A stretch of DNA of 64,000 bases from Hemiscyllium ocellatum (Eukaryota). The stretch spans positions 84,311,857 to 84,375,856 of the forward strand of contig NC_083407.1 in the NCBI RefSeq assembly GCF_020745735.1, in the 5' to 3' direction. The translations under genes were made by a program, and so were the position numbers. Positions 23,501-35,115 of the stretch are shown in pieces; within the stretch, counting starts at the first letter, position 1, and every line of letters starts with the position of its first letter. The notes beneath the pieces were generated by a model, which did no database searches, was not told the origin of the DNA, and worked only from the letters and a program-made list of their open reading frames with translations.

Positions 23501-25363
23501 GTGCATCACGCCATCCCTGACAGGGGTTAAGATCTCTTATTCTCAAGAAAAGGAAGACCCCAGATGATTGTGCTTCATAAAAGTCCATCTCATTGTTAAA
23601 TTTGAACTTTAACATTTTATCCAAGACACTTGCGTTGAGATTGGAGAAGGTGTTGCCCTATACTGTTAAGGAGGACCAGGTGGGTTTTATAAAGGGCCAT
23701 AGGTCCTCCAATAATATTAGAATATTACTGAATATGGTCCAAGTGTCAGCAATGATCGGTTCAGGGTTTGCTGACCTCTTTAAATGCAGAGAAAGCATTC
23801 GATCAGGTGATGTGGCCATGTCTTTCTTATACTCTGGAAAAGTTTGGTCTAGGTTAGGTCTTTGTCAGATGGATGGAGGTCCTGTATAGTGACCCGCTGG
23901 CTGTGTTTCTCATCAATACTGTAAGATCTAGTAATTTCAGTACTGGTAGGGGCAGTTGGCAAGGTTGCCCCCCTCACCACTACTGTTCATGCTGGTGATT
24001 GAGCCGCTAGCAGAAGCTATCCATAAGGATCCTAACATACTACTCTGTTGTTTATGGATAAAGTGAGTACAGTTATGGAATACTGTCGAAATTCAATCAT
24101 TATTAATAGGGTCAAAGCAGGGAGAACAATGCGACAGAGCAAGAGCAGTTTATCTAAAACCTCCTTTCTTACCCAGATAGTTGGTACGCCAGGATTCCAG
24201 CCAGGAATGATGCACCATGGATTCAAAACGTGGGCAACTAGGGGAGTCTCCTGTTTGGCAGACATCATGATGAACTTCGACGAAATGAACCACAAATATG
24301 GATTGCCTAGCAGGGATCTTTTTCATTATGTATAAATTCCCTCACCTGAAAATAAAGACTTCACTTTTGACCAACCGCTATTGGTGTATTACAGAGAAGC
24401 GAGCCCTTCATGCTGTAAGCAATCTGTCAGTTAGTACGCACTACCACCTTCTGGGGTGCTGTGCCTCGAATGATATTGAACGATTGAGAGAGGTCTGAGA
24501 GCAAGAGTTGGGAGTAGAGATCCCCTCAGAGACATGGGAGGACATTTGTTTAAACACAAGATAGATCTCACTCTGTAACAGAACACACCATGTAGTTCAA
24601 GGCTCTTCATGGGATTCATTTGGCCCCAGACCATTTTGCGAAATTCAAAAAGGGAGCATCTCCAATGTGCCCCAAGTGCAAAATAAGCATTGGTAGCCTC
24701 ACTCATTGTTTGTGGTCACGCCACAGCCTTCATAGGTACCACAGCGCTGCGGCAGTAGTAATAGAGGGGGCCCTGGGGATCAAAGTTAAGGTAGACCCGA
24801 TCTCTCTTCTCTTGGGCTTGCTGGATTTATCTTCCTTAGACATACATGGGAAAAAGCTATTTAACCTCGTCACTTACTGTGCGAGGAAGAACATTTTGAT
24901 GAGCTGGGTGTCTGAACACCCTCCAGGCCTGTTGGGGTGGCTTAGGATAATTATGGAACACATCCCTTTGGATTTCCTCATAAACATAGTGGATCAGAAA
25001 ACAGAACATTTTTGTAAGAGACAGCAGCCCTTTATGAATTATCTGGAAGCAGATTTGTTGCCATTTTACTTAGGGCATTTGTTTAGCTATGATGGTTAGG
25101 TTTAGTGAGTCTTGTGCCTGGGAGGAAGAATCTCAAATAAATATGGGTGTAATAATTAATGCTCCCCAAGGTTGGGAGCTTTGGTGTAGCTGCACTGAGT
25201 GGTGTTATTTGTTTATAGATTTGTAGTGAGTGTACTTTTGATTTGTTTTAAGAGTAGGGTAGTAGTTGGTTCATTGTAATTGTTATTACAATTTTAAATT
25301 GTTATATTTTTGTAATGTTCTAATTTTGTAAAGAAAAAGTTTCTCAGTAAAAAGATTAAAAAA
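20551..25363 (+). mobile_element. L1-clade LINE, 5'-intact, degenerate, RT C-half deleted
   Basis: GGGTGGATCCAAGATGGC start; ORF1; ORF2 from ~22033 (WCTWNIKG, SRGVAIL, LALRLEKVLP..DQVGFIKG, QGCP, IEPLA); jump at ~24040; CPKC..HCLW knuckle; T-rich 3' UTR and A-tail. Confidence 0.9.
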
Positions 25364-26282
25364 GCAATTTTATCACTAACAAAAACAGGTTCAACTGATC
25401 AGCTACCGAATTATGGTTCAAAATCAACAATAATGTGACATAAGACAAAATAAATTACGTAAAGGTCACCTTATTCTACCTTTGTGATCTGGACTTTTGA
25501 TCAACAGAATTTTTCCTTTTATTGGCTATGTCTCCTACCTCTGATATATCTGCAAAACTCTGTCTGTCTTACCTGCCCTACTTATGAATCAACGTGTGCA
25601 TTTGGATTTAAAGGGCTTTTACTTTAAGTTTGCATATTAGTCCCTAACAAACTGTTTTGCCTTTGCAAACAGATACATTTTTTAATAAAAATAACTTTGT
25701 TTGTTTGTTGATGAAATCTGGTGTGAGCTTCATGTCAGATAGCAAACAAAGTAACCTTGGTGATGGAATGGTCTTTTACACATTTGAGACAACTTGTCGA
25801 TTCATGGAGCTTGATATCCAATACACTTTAGAACGAAATTCCAAGGACTAATGGACCCACTGAGAACAAACCCATCTTCTTCTTGCTGTTGTTCCAGATT
25901 CCAACACAAGAGGAATCATCTGTTCAACATCTATGGTCAAGCGGTGAGAATCCTTTATTTGCTTTTGAGTTGATGCAGATTAATCTGGGGGAGGGGGTTT
26001 TCACTCTGGCAGGATTTGCTGCTGTTGTGGACATCTGTGAAGCAGGGAGTGCTTGACCAGTTAATTGTTGACCTGTTAATGGGTGTCTCAAGGGCCTCAA
26101 TTTATCTATGAGTGAGAAGACAGATCTTAACCTTCCCAACCCCTGACCTAATTGACAGGGAATCAGATAGGCAAGAAGCTGACTCCTCCAGGGTGACCAG
26201 ACAACCTGGATTTTCCAAGAACATAGAACAATACAGCACAGAACAGGCCCTTCAGCCCACAATGTTGTGCCGAACATCTATC

Positions 26283-29185
26283 CTAGATTAAGCACCCATC
26301 CATGTACCTATCCAATTGCCGCTTAAAGGTCGCCAATGATTCTGACTCTACCACTCCCACAGGCAGCGCATTCCATGCCCCAACCACTCTCTGGGTAAAG
26401 AACCCACCCCTGACATCTCCCCTATACCTTCCACCCTTCACCTTAAATTTATGTCCCCTTGTAATACTCTGTTGTACCCGGGGAAAAAGTTTCTGACTGT
26501 CTACTCTATCTATTCCTCTGATCATCTTATAAACCTCTATAAAGTCACCCCTCATCCTTCGCCGTTCCAACGAGAAAAGGCCGAGAACTCTCAACCTATC
26601 CTCGTACGACCTATTCTCCATTCCAGGCAACATCCTGGTAAATCTTCTATGCACCCTCTCCAAAGCTTCCACATCTTTCCTAAAGTGAGGCGACCAGAAC
26701 TGCACACAGTACTCCAAATGTGGCCTAACCAAAGTCCTGTACAGCTGCAACATCACTTCACGACTCTTGAATTCAATCCCTCTGCTAACGAACGCTAATA
26801 CACCATAGGCCTTCTTACGAGCTCTATCCACCTGAGTGGCAACTTTCAAAGATCTATGTACATAGACCCCAAGATCCCTCTGTTCCTCCACCTGACTAAG
26901 AACCCTACCGTTAACCCTGTATTCCGCATTCTTATTTGTTCTTCCAAAATGGACAACCTCACATTGGCAGGGTTGAACTCCATCTGCCACTCCTCAGCCC
27001 AGCTCTGCATCATATCTAAGTCCCTTTGCAAACGACAACAGCCCTCCTCACTGTCCACAACTCCAGCAATCTTCGTATCATCTGCAAATTTACTGACCCA
27101 CCCTTCAACTCCCTCATCCAAGTCATTAATAAAAATTACAAACAGCAGAGGACCCAGAACTGATCCCTGCAGAACTCCACTTGTAACTGGGCTCCAGGCT
27201 GAATATTTACCATCTATCACCACTCTGACTTCGACCGGTTAGCCAGTTTTCAATCCAATTGGCCAAGTTTCCCTCTATCCCATGCCTCCTGACTTTCCGC
27301 ATAAGCCTACCATGAGGAACCTTATCAAATGCTTTACTAAAATCCATGTACACTACATCCACTGCTCTACCCTCATCCACATGCTTGGTCACCTCCTCAA
27401 AGAATTCAATAAGACTTGTAAGGCAAGACCTACCCTTCACAAATCCGTGCTGGCTGCCCCTAATCAAGCAGTGTCTTTCCAGATACTCATAAATCCTATC
27501 CCTCAGCACCCTTTCCATTACTTTGCCTACCACAGAAGTAAGACTAACTGGCCTGTAATTCCCGGGGTTATCCCTATTCCCTTTTTTGAACAGGGGCACA
27601 ACATTCGCTACACTCCAGTCCCCTGGTACCACCCCCGTTGACAATGAAGACGAAAAGATCATTGCCAACGGTACTGCAATTTCCTCTCTTGCTTCCCACA
27701 TAATCCTAGGATATATCTCGTCAGGCCCGGGGGACTTGTCTATCCTCAAGTTGTTCAAAATGTCCAACACATCTTCCTTCCTAACAAGTATCTCTTCTAG
27801 CTTACCAGTCCGTTTCACACTCTCCTCTTCAACAATACAGTCCCTCTCGTTCGTAAATACTGAAGAAAAGTACTTGTTCAAGACCTCTCCTATCTCTTCC
27901 GACTCAATACACAATCTCCCACTACTGTCCTTGATCAGACCTCCCCTCGTTCTTGTCATTCTCATGTTTCTCACATACGCATAAAATGCCTTGGGGTTAT
28001 CCTTGATCCTGTCCGCCAAGGATTTTTCATGCCCTCTCTTAGCTCTCCTAATCCCTTTCTTCAGGTCCCTTCTGGCTATCCTGTATCCCTCCACTGCTCT
28101 GTCTGAACCCTGTTTCCTCAACCTTATGTAAGCCTCCTTCTTCCTCTTTACTAGACATTCAACCTCCCTCGTCAACCAAGGCTCCCTCACGACCATTTCT
28201 TTCCTGCCTGATAGGTACATACATATCAAGGACACGTCGTATCTGCTCCTTGAAAAAGTTCCACATTTCCACCACATCCTTCCCTGACAGCCTATGCACC
28301 CAACTTACGCTCCTCAAATCCTGTCTTACAGCATCATAATTTCCCTTCCCCCAATTGTAAAATCTACTCTGTTGTGCGCACCTATCTCTCTCCATAACCA
28401 AGGTGAAAGTCACAGAATTGTGGTCACCATCACCAAAATGTTCACCCACTAACAAGCCCATCACTTGTCCTGGTTCATTACCGAGTACCAAGTCCAATAT
28501 GGCCTCCCCTCTGGTTGGACAATCTACATACTGAGTTAGAAAAGCTTCCTGGACACACTGCACAAACACCGCCCCATCCAATCTACTTGATCTAAAGAGC
28601 TTCCAATCAATATTTGGGAAGTTGAAGTCGCCCATGACTACGATCCTGTGGCTTCTGCACCTTTCCAAAATCTGTTTCCCAATCTGTTTCTCCACATCTC
28701 TGCTGCTATTGGGGGGCCTATAGTAAACACCCAACAAGGTGACTGCACCTTTCCTATTTCCGACTTCAGCCCATACTACCTCCAAAGGCAGATCCCCCTC
28801 AAACTTCCTTTCTGCAGCCGTTATACCATTTCTAATTAGCAATGCCACCCCCCCCTCCTTTTTTACCACCCTCCCTAATCTTACTGAAACATCTGTAACC
28901 AGGAACCTCCAACAACCATTCCTGTCCTTCATCTATCCACGTTTCCGTGATGGCCACAACATCGTAGTCCCAGGTACCGATCCATGCCTTAAGTTCACCC
29001 ACCTTATTTCTGATACTCCTTGCGTTGAAGTATACGCACTTGAGCCCATCTCTGTGTCCGCAAGTATTCCCTGTCAGTGCTACCTTCTCCACAGCCTCCC
29101 TACATTCTTGGGCATCCTGACACACAGCTAGCTTACTTGCTGGACTACAAGTCCGGATCCCATCCCCCTGCCAAACTAGTTTAAA
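26283..29185 (-). pseudogene. CR1 ORF2: APE endonuclease + reverse transcriptase, four frameshifts
   Basis: YFNARSIRNK, AITETW, GDFNFP, GDHN, KSPGPD, YRPVSLTS, MDFSKAFD, QGSVLGP, FADD; frame changes at ~28855, ~28190, ~27225, ~26965. Confidence 0.9.
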
Positions 29186-30106
29186 CCCCCCCCGAAGAGT
29201 GCTAGCAAACCTACCCCCCAGGATATTGGTGCCCTTCTGGTTCAGGTGCAACCCGTCCTGTTTGTACAGGTCCCACCTTCCCCAGAATGCAGTCCAATTG
29301 TCCAAATACCTGAAGCCCTCCCTCCTACACCATCCTTGCAGCCACGTGTTCAACTGCACTCTCTCCCTATTCCTTGCCTCATTGTCACGTGGCACCGGCA
29401 ACAACCCAGAGATGACGACTCTGTCTGTTCTAGCTTTTAGCTTCCAGCCTAACTCCCTGAGCTCTTGAATGACCTCCCCACCCCTCTTCCTACCTATGTC
29501 GTTGGTGCCAATGTGTACCACGACTTCTGGCTGCACATCCTCCCCCTTAAGGATTCTGAACACACGGTCCGAGACGTCTCGGACCCTAGCACCCGGGAGG
29601 CAACAAACCATCCGAGAGTCTCGCCCATGTCCACAGAACCGCCTGTCCGTCCCTCTAACTAGAGAGTCTCCTATAACTAGCGCTCTCCTGCTCTCCCCCT
29701 TTCCCTTCTTAGTCTCAGAGCCAGACCTCACGCCACAGACCCCTTCACTGCAGCTTACACCTGCAAGGCTATCCCCCCCAACAGTTTCCAAAGCTGTATA
29801 CTTATTGTTTAGGGGAACGACCACAGGGGAACCCTGCACTGCCTGCTTCTTCCCCTTCCCACCTCTAACTGTTACCCAGCTACCTCTGTTCTCCGGGGTA
29901 ACTATGTCCCTGTAGCTTCTATCAATCACCCTCTCAGCCTCTCGAATAATTCTCAGTTCATCCAACTCCAGTTCCAGTTCCCTAACTCGTTCGGTGAGGA
30001 GCAGGATCTGATTGCATTTCCTGCAGACAAAGTTGGCAGGAGTATCGGTGGTCACCCCTACCTCAAACATCCTGCAGGAGGAACATTCCACTGCCTGCGC
30101 TGCCAC
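29176..30106 (-). CDS. CR1 ORF1: zinc finger/leucine zipper + SGNH(GDSL) esterase
   Basis: CSSC..CRKC, coiled coil ERVRELELELDELR, VIGDSLVR, CLPGAR, VVVHIGTNDI, DGLHLN. Start codon uncertain (GTG at 30106). Confidence 0.85.
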
Positions 30107-30295
30107 GACTGTACACTTTGTCTCCAAAACAAGAACACTGAGTCAATAACACTGAGTCGCTTACCTGTGGACTTTAAAGTTAGGTTAGAGGAGGAGGGTG
30201 GGAGGGAGGCCCTAGGAAGTAGGGCCTGGAGTCTAGAACACACCTACTCAAATACTACTCACTTACCTTCCCGACCAGCTCTGCGCTCCGACCTC

Positions 30296-30451
30296 ACTTC
30301 CGCCCGGCTCGCACCGCTCTCCGCGGTGAAAAGACCGTTGTCGTCGAGGTAAGTTCTTTAAATAGGTAAGGTAAGTGAGTAGTATTTAAAGAACTTACCT
30401 CGACGACAACGGTCTTTTCACCGCGGAGAGCGGCGCGAGCCGGGCGGAAGT
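30296..30451. repeat. Near-perfect inverted repeat, 69-bp arms, 18-bp spacer
   Basis: 30296-30364 vs 30383-30451: 68 of 69 positions complementary. Confidence 0.97.
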
Positions 30452-32939
30452 AGAAGACTTCTCAGACTTCGCATTCTGCATCCCATGTGTGGCTTTTCAG
30501 ATGACATGTAGGTCTGGGATAGTGGCAGCATGATTTGGCTATAACATCGCTGAAGGATTAGAGAATGGTATTTTTGAGAAACGCTTACCTCCGTTGGCAA
30601 GAGTGCGATTCCATGGGGATCGGTTCGCAGGCTTCATTCTACACATGCACGAATGTCCCCACCAGTCTGCAGTCTCCAACTCTCTCTCCCCCACTGCCCA
30701 CGTCCCCGCTCAACCAAAGGATTCATCAGCATCTCCCTTGACCTGAACCAATTTATTACCTAATGCCAATCCCCTGCCTTTTCTTCAAATCCCTTAATGT
30801 AATTTCTATTCAAGTAATCATCAAAGTACTCTTGAATACCTCAAATGAATCTGCTTCCAACACGTTTCCTGGTAGTGCATTCCATAATCCAACTAATTAT
30901 TCTTACATCACCCTTGCTTAATTTGCACATCACTTTAGACTTATGCCCTTTCGTTCTTTTTTCTTTTATGGACAGAAACAACTTGTATCCTTGTGACAAT
31001 TGTGCCCCCTACATTGTCTTTCAAGATTCTTCCAACCAAAGTGCACCATCTCACTCAACTGCCATCTATCCATCCATTCAACTTCTTAACGTCCTTTTGT
31101 AAAAAGAAAAATGAAGGGTCCCATTACAAACTTCAGGGGAGTCCCATGACAAACCTTTCTCCAGCCGAAAATAAATTTCTACAATGGCAATGTTACCTTT
31201 TTAATACTTTTGTAACTCCACACTTTATCTTAATATCTGCAAGTACTGTGCTTCATCAACTTATAATAGAAACAAGCTATTGCTGTTTTCTGCTGTTCCT
31301 AGTCACCACTGACATGAAATTTTTAAGAGTACATTTGGCTCAAAAAAGTGCAGTTGTCTGCAGATAAAGATGAATTGATAAAAATCCAGTCACAAAATTG
31401 ATTGCACGTGCAGAGTTTGAACTTAAATTGTTGGAATTTATAAAATATGATTTACAAACTTGTGATCAGATCTCATACTATATTTCCTCACTATATAAAT
31501 TTCTCATTGCACCAGAATATAATCACTATTCTTTATAATTGTTATCTCTTAATTGTTTAAACATGAAAAGATTACAAATTTAATTTAAATATGTATCTGC
31601 TGTAATTTAAAGCTCCTAAACAGCATTTCATCAACATGCACACCACTGAAAATGATAAATGTCCAGAAATTCTCGATAGAATTTTAATATCTAGACTAGT
31701 TTGTAGTGAGTGTGCTGAGCAGTAACCAGAAACCCATCTGCTGATGGACGGTCCAAATCCAAATAGTTGAGAGGATTCTGATGTGGGGCTGAATGCAAAC
31801 AAACTACAAGGTGGTAACTGAGAGACAACTGGACTGATGCAGTCTCAAGGACAGAAGTCAGTCTCCTGTGTTCTCTGAAACATCTGACACAGTGGCTTAT
31901 AAGGCTTGCAGATAACATTGATCCAGCAGACCACAGAAAATCCTGGCTCTGAAACCAAATCAACATGGCTGTGGTGCTGAGCTGTGAGTGGTTAGTTACA
32001 TTGGATACCATGTCAAATAAGTTAAGTAACTTTTTCAAGACAGGAAAGGTGACCAGAAAACCACATTAAGTACTCACTGAGTTCTTCAGTCTCCTACTGC
32101 ACGTCACTTCTCAGACCAAACAAGTATCATTCCTCTCTCAAGGCAGCTCGAATATCCCATCACGTCAGCCACCTTCAACAGTCATCTTCAACTTAATACT
32201 ACCTCATATCTCACAATAATCATCAAATGCTTGCATTGCATTGTTTTAACACATTCCATTTCTGACAGTTAAATCTTTACCTCCTTACAGAATAAGAGTG
32301 CAAAAAACTAGGGTAGAGAATAGAGTTACAGAGCAAAAAGAGGTCATTCAGCCTAAGGCCTGCACCAGCTCTTCAAACAACCATTACCTAGTTCCAATTG
32401 CCAGCCTTTTCCCCAAATCCTTGCACACTATTTCTATCTAGCAAGAACATGGGATAGCTCTACAAATGAGACTGATGTTTTGAAATCGAAATGATGCCAA
32501 AAAGGCACAGTACTGACTACACACAGCATTCCCAACAATGCAGAAGATCTAAAAGCACAAATAAAGATAGAAACGTTTGAAATTCTAACAGGACTAGACA
32601 AAGTAAGCACAGCATGTTCCCAAAGACCAGAAAGTCCAGAAACAGGAGTCATTGTTTAAACATATAAAGTGTATATTTAAGACTAAGATGAGGATAAATT
32701 TAGTCATGCAGTGTGACACAAAGTGGTTGAGGCCAAAACGTCTCATGTTTACAAAGAGGAGGTAGATAAAGTTTTAGAGTTAATCAATCAAAGGATATGG
32801 AGTGAAAGAGGAAACATCGTAGTGTTAGATGATTAGCCATGATCATACTGAACAGCCTTGAAGGACCAAATGGCATACTCCTGTTCTTAGTTTTCATCTT
32901 TCCATGATACAATTAACATTACCGAAATATGGCCACACA

Positions 32940-34600
32940 GTGACCAAGTCCGGAGACTGAATATTTAAGGATATTTGATGAACAGACGGACGAGAAGGAA
33001 ACCACTGGAGTTGCATTGATTATAAGAAATGGAATCAGTACATTAGTAATGGGGACCTCAGGCAAAGAACAATGTGGAATCTGATTGGCCAGAGCTAAGA
33101 AACCAGGAGCAGCAGACATTGGTTGAATTTATTTACAGGCCATCAAATAGTGTTGGTATTAATCTAGAGGTGAGAGAAGAATGTAGCATGGGCAACACAG
33201 TTATCAGCAGTGACTTAAATCTGCATATGGATTAGGGATATCAATTGAGCACAAGATCTGTGGATGACCAATTTCTGCTATGCATTCCAAATGTTTTTAC
33301 AGAGCAGTATATTAAGGAACCAAGCAGAGGATGTGGGTTTTTTTAATTGTAGTATTGTGTCATTTAAAAAGGCTAATTAACCATCTTGATGTAACAAACT
33401 TCAGGGATAAGTGACCACAATATGTTTGAATTTTGCATTATGTTTGAAAGTGAGATAGTTCATTCTGAAGCAAGGGTGTTACGTTTGAATAAGGGAAATT
33501 ATGAAGGCATGAGGTACAACTTGACTGAGGTGGATTGGGAGGATACATTAAAAGGTGTGACTACACAGTTTTTTAAAAAAGCTGTCCATTGTCTATTTCA
33601 TGACTCTCAGGAAGTAAACATTTTCAAAATGCGAAAATCAAAGATGGCCAACCTGGCAAATAAAGTAAGTTCAGGATTGCGTTAATTCGAAATGGCCAAG
33701 AGCTGCTAGAAATAGCACTTAATTCTGAGAATTGGGAGGTTTATAGAATACAACAGAGGACAACAAAACAGATATCAATATAATAAAGCAAAAACAAAAA
33801 ATAGACTAAATGTTTCTACAGGTGCAGAAAAATGAAGTAGTTGCCCAAAACAAATGTGAGTCCATCAAAGGCAGAGTCAGGAAAATTCATAATTAGATAT
33901 ACAAAAATGGCAGAGAAGCCAACTTATTACTTTGTGTTGGCTTTCTCTGAGGAAAATACAGAAATATACCAAAAGTAGAGATCTATGTAGCTAGGGAGAA
34001 TGAGGACTTGAAGGAAATTATTATTAATTAGTAAGATGATTGTACTGGAGAAATTAACAGAGTGAAAGTTGAAAAGCCCCAGACAGTTGAGGAAGGTAGT
34101 TGTAAAGATAGTTGATGCATTGGTGGTTATCTTTGAAAATTCTGTAGATACTGGAATTACTCCTATGGATTGGAAAGTAGCAGATGTCACCCCACTAGTC
34201 AAGAAAAAAAGTGAGAGAGAAAACAAGGAATGATAGACCCATTAACCTTGCATCAGTAGTAGAGAAAATACTAGAATCTAATATGAAGAATGGGATAGAC
34301 AAATACCTGACTGATAGTGATCCAAATGAGCATGGATTTAGGAGTGGGTAGTCACATTGGACAGTTTGAAGTTTTTTTTAAACATGCCACAAACCAAATT
34401 GATTAAGGAGGCAATGAACAGAGCATACAATCATTTTCAGAAAGTTGCTGATAAAATCCCCACAGGAGGCTGATCAGAAAGATTGAAACACATGGGATCA
34501 GAGGTAACGTACTGGCAAGGATTCATGACGGTTTTCTGTTTCTGAGTCAGTCACCAAGCTGTGACTAGTGGGGTCCTGCAAGGATCAGTACTTAGAGTCT
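32940..34600 (+). mobile_element. Old CR1 LINE ORF2 remnant (3' part appears to resume at ~37330-37830)
   Basis: Degenerate SDHN, LNKGNYEGMR, DWKVADVTPL and GVLQGSVL motifs. Confidence 0.75.
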
Positions 34601-35115
34601 GTGGGAAAAGATTTGCTAACCCACGATTGGTCAATCTTGCTTTTGTTGGCCTAACTGTACCAGAACACGCAGAATTCCCAAGCAACTCAAGCCGAATCAG
34701 ACAGCACGCAGACAAGGGAATACACTAAGCTCCCACAGACAATGACAGAGCACCACAGATATCTCAAAGCCCCAAGGGCAGTTTCATAACCCAGCAATAC
34801 CAAAGCCACACAAAGAGTAGGTCAGACAGAGAGGCACCAGGACATGCTCCAGGCACAGGACAATGGAAGCACCTCACCACTTCAGAAAAAGACATTAACA
34901 CCTACTGTGAAAAGGAATGGAACCGCTGGTACTGTTAGGATGCTGCATTGTGTGAAGGAACAGGACATTCATCTGATATTTGTTTTCCAATTAGCATCCT
35001 TGTAACTAGATTTCTCCATTTCCCATTTCTTAATTAATGTCATTGTGCAACATTACTATAAAACTGTTCTCATCCTCAGCTCTAGAAGGAGAAATCTGAT
35101 CTATTTGTATAGACT

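Larger units (their letters stand above)
26218..30451 (-). mobile_element. Young, essentially full-length CR1 LINE with inverted 5' segment
   Basis: ORF1 plus ORF2 with no nonsense codons, only short indels; 3' tail TATTGTTCTATGTTCT; CpG-rich 5' UTR. Confidence 0.95.

Noticed and set aside
25900-26215. Possible non-autonomous DNA transposon flanking the CR1 (also ~9380-9730 and ~59600-59990)
   Set aside because: Composition is suggestive, but no TIRs or TSDs could be defined by eye.
26302-29915. Many plus-strand ORFs over the CR1
   Set aside because: Antisense shadows of the CR1 coding frames, with no recognisable motifs.
28832-30127. 431-aa ORF as a novel esterase-endonuclease host gene
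   Set aside because: It is CR1 ORF1 running into ORF2 through a G homopolymer; part of a retroelement.
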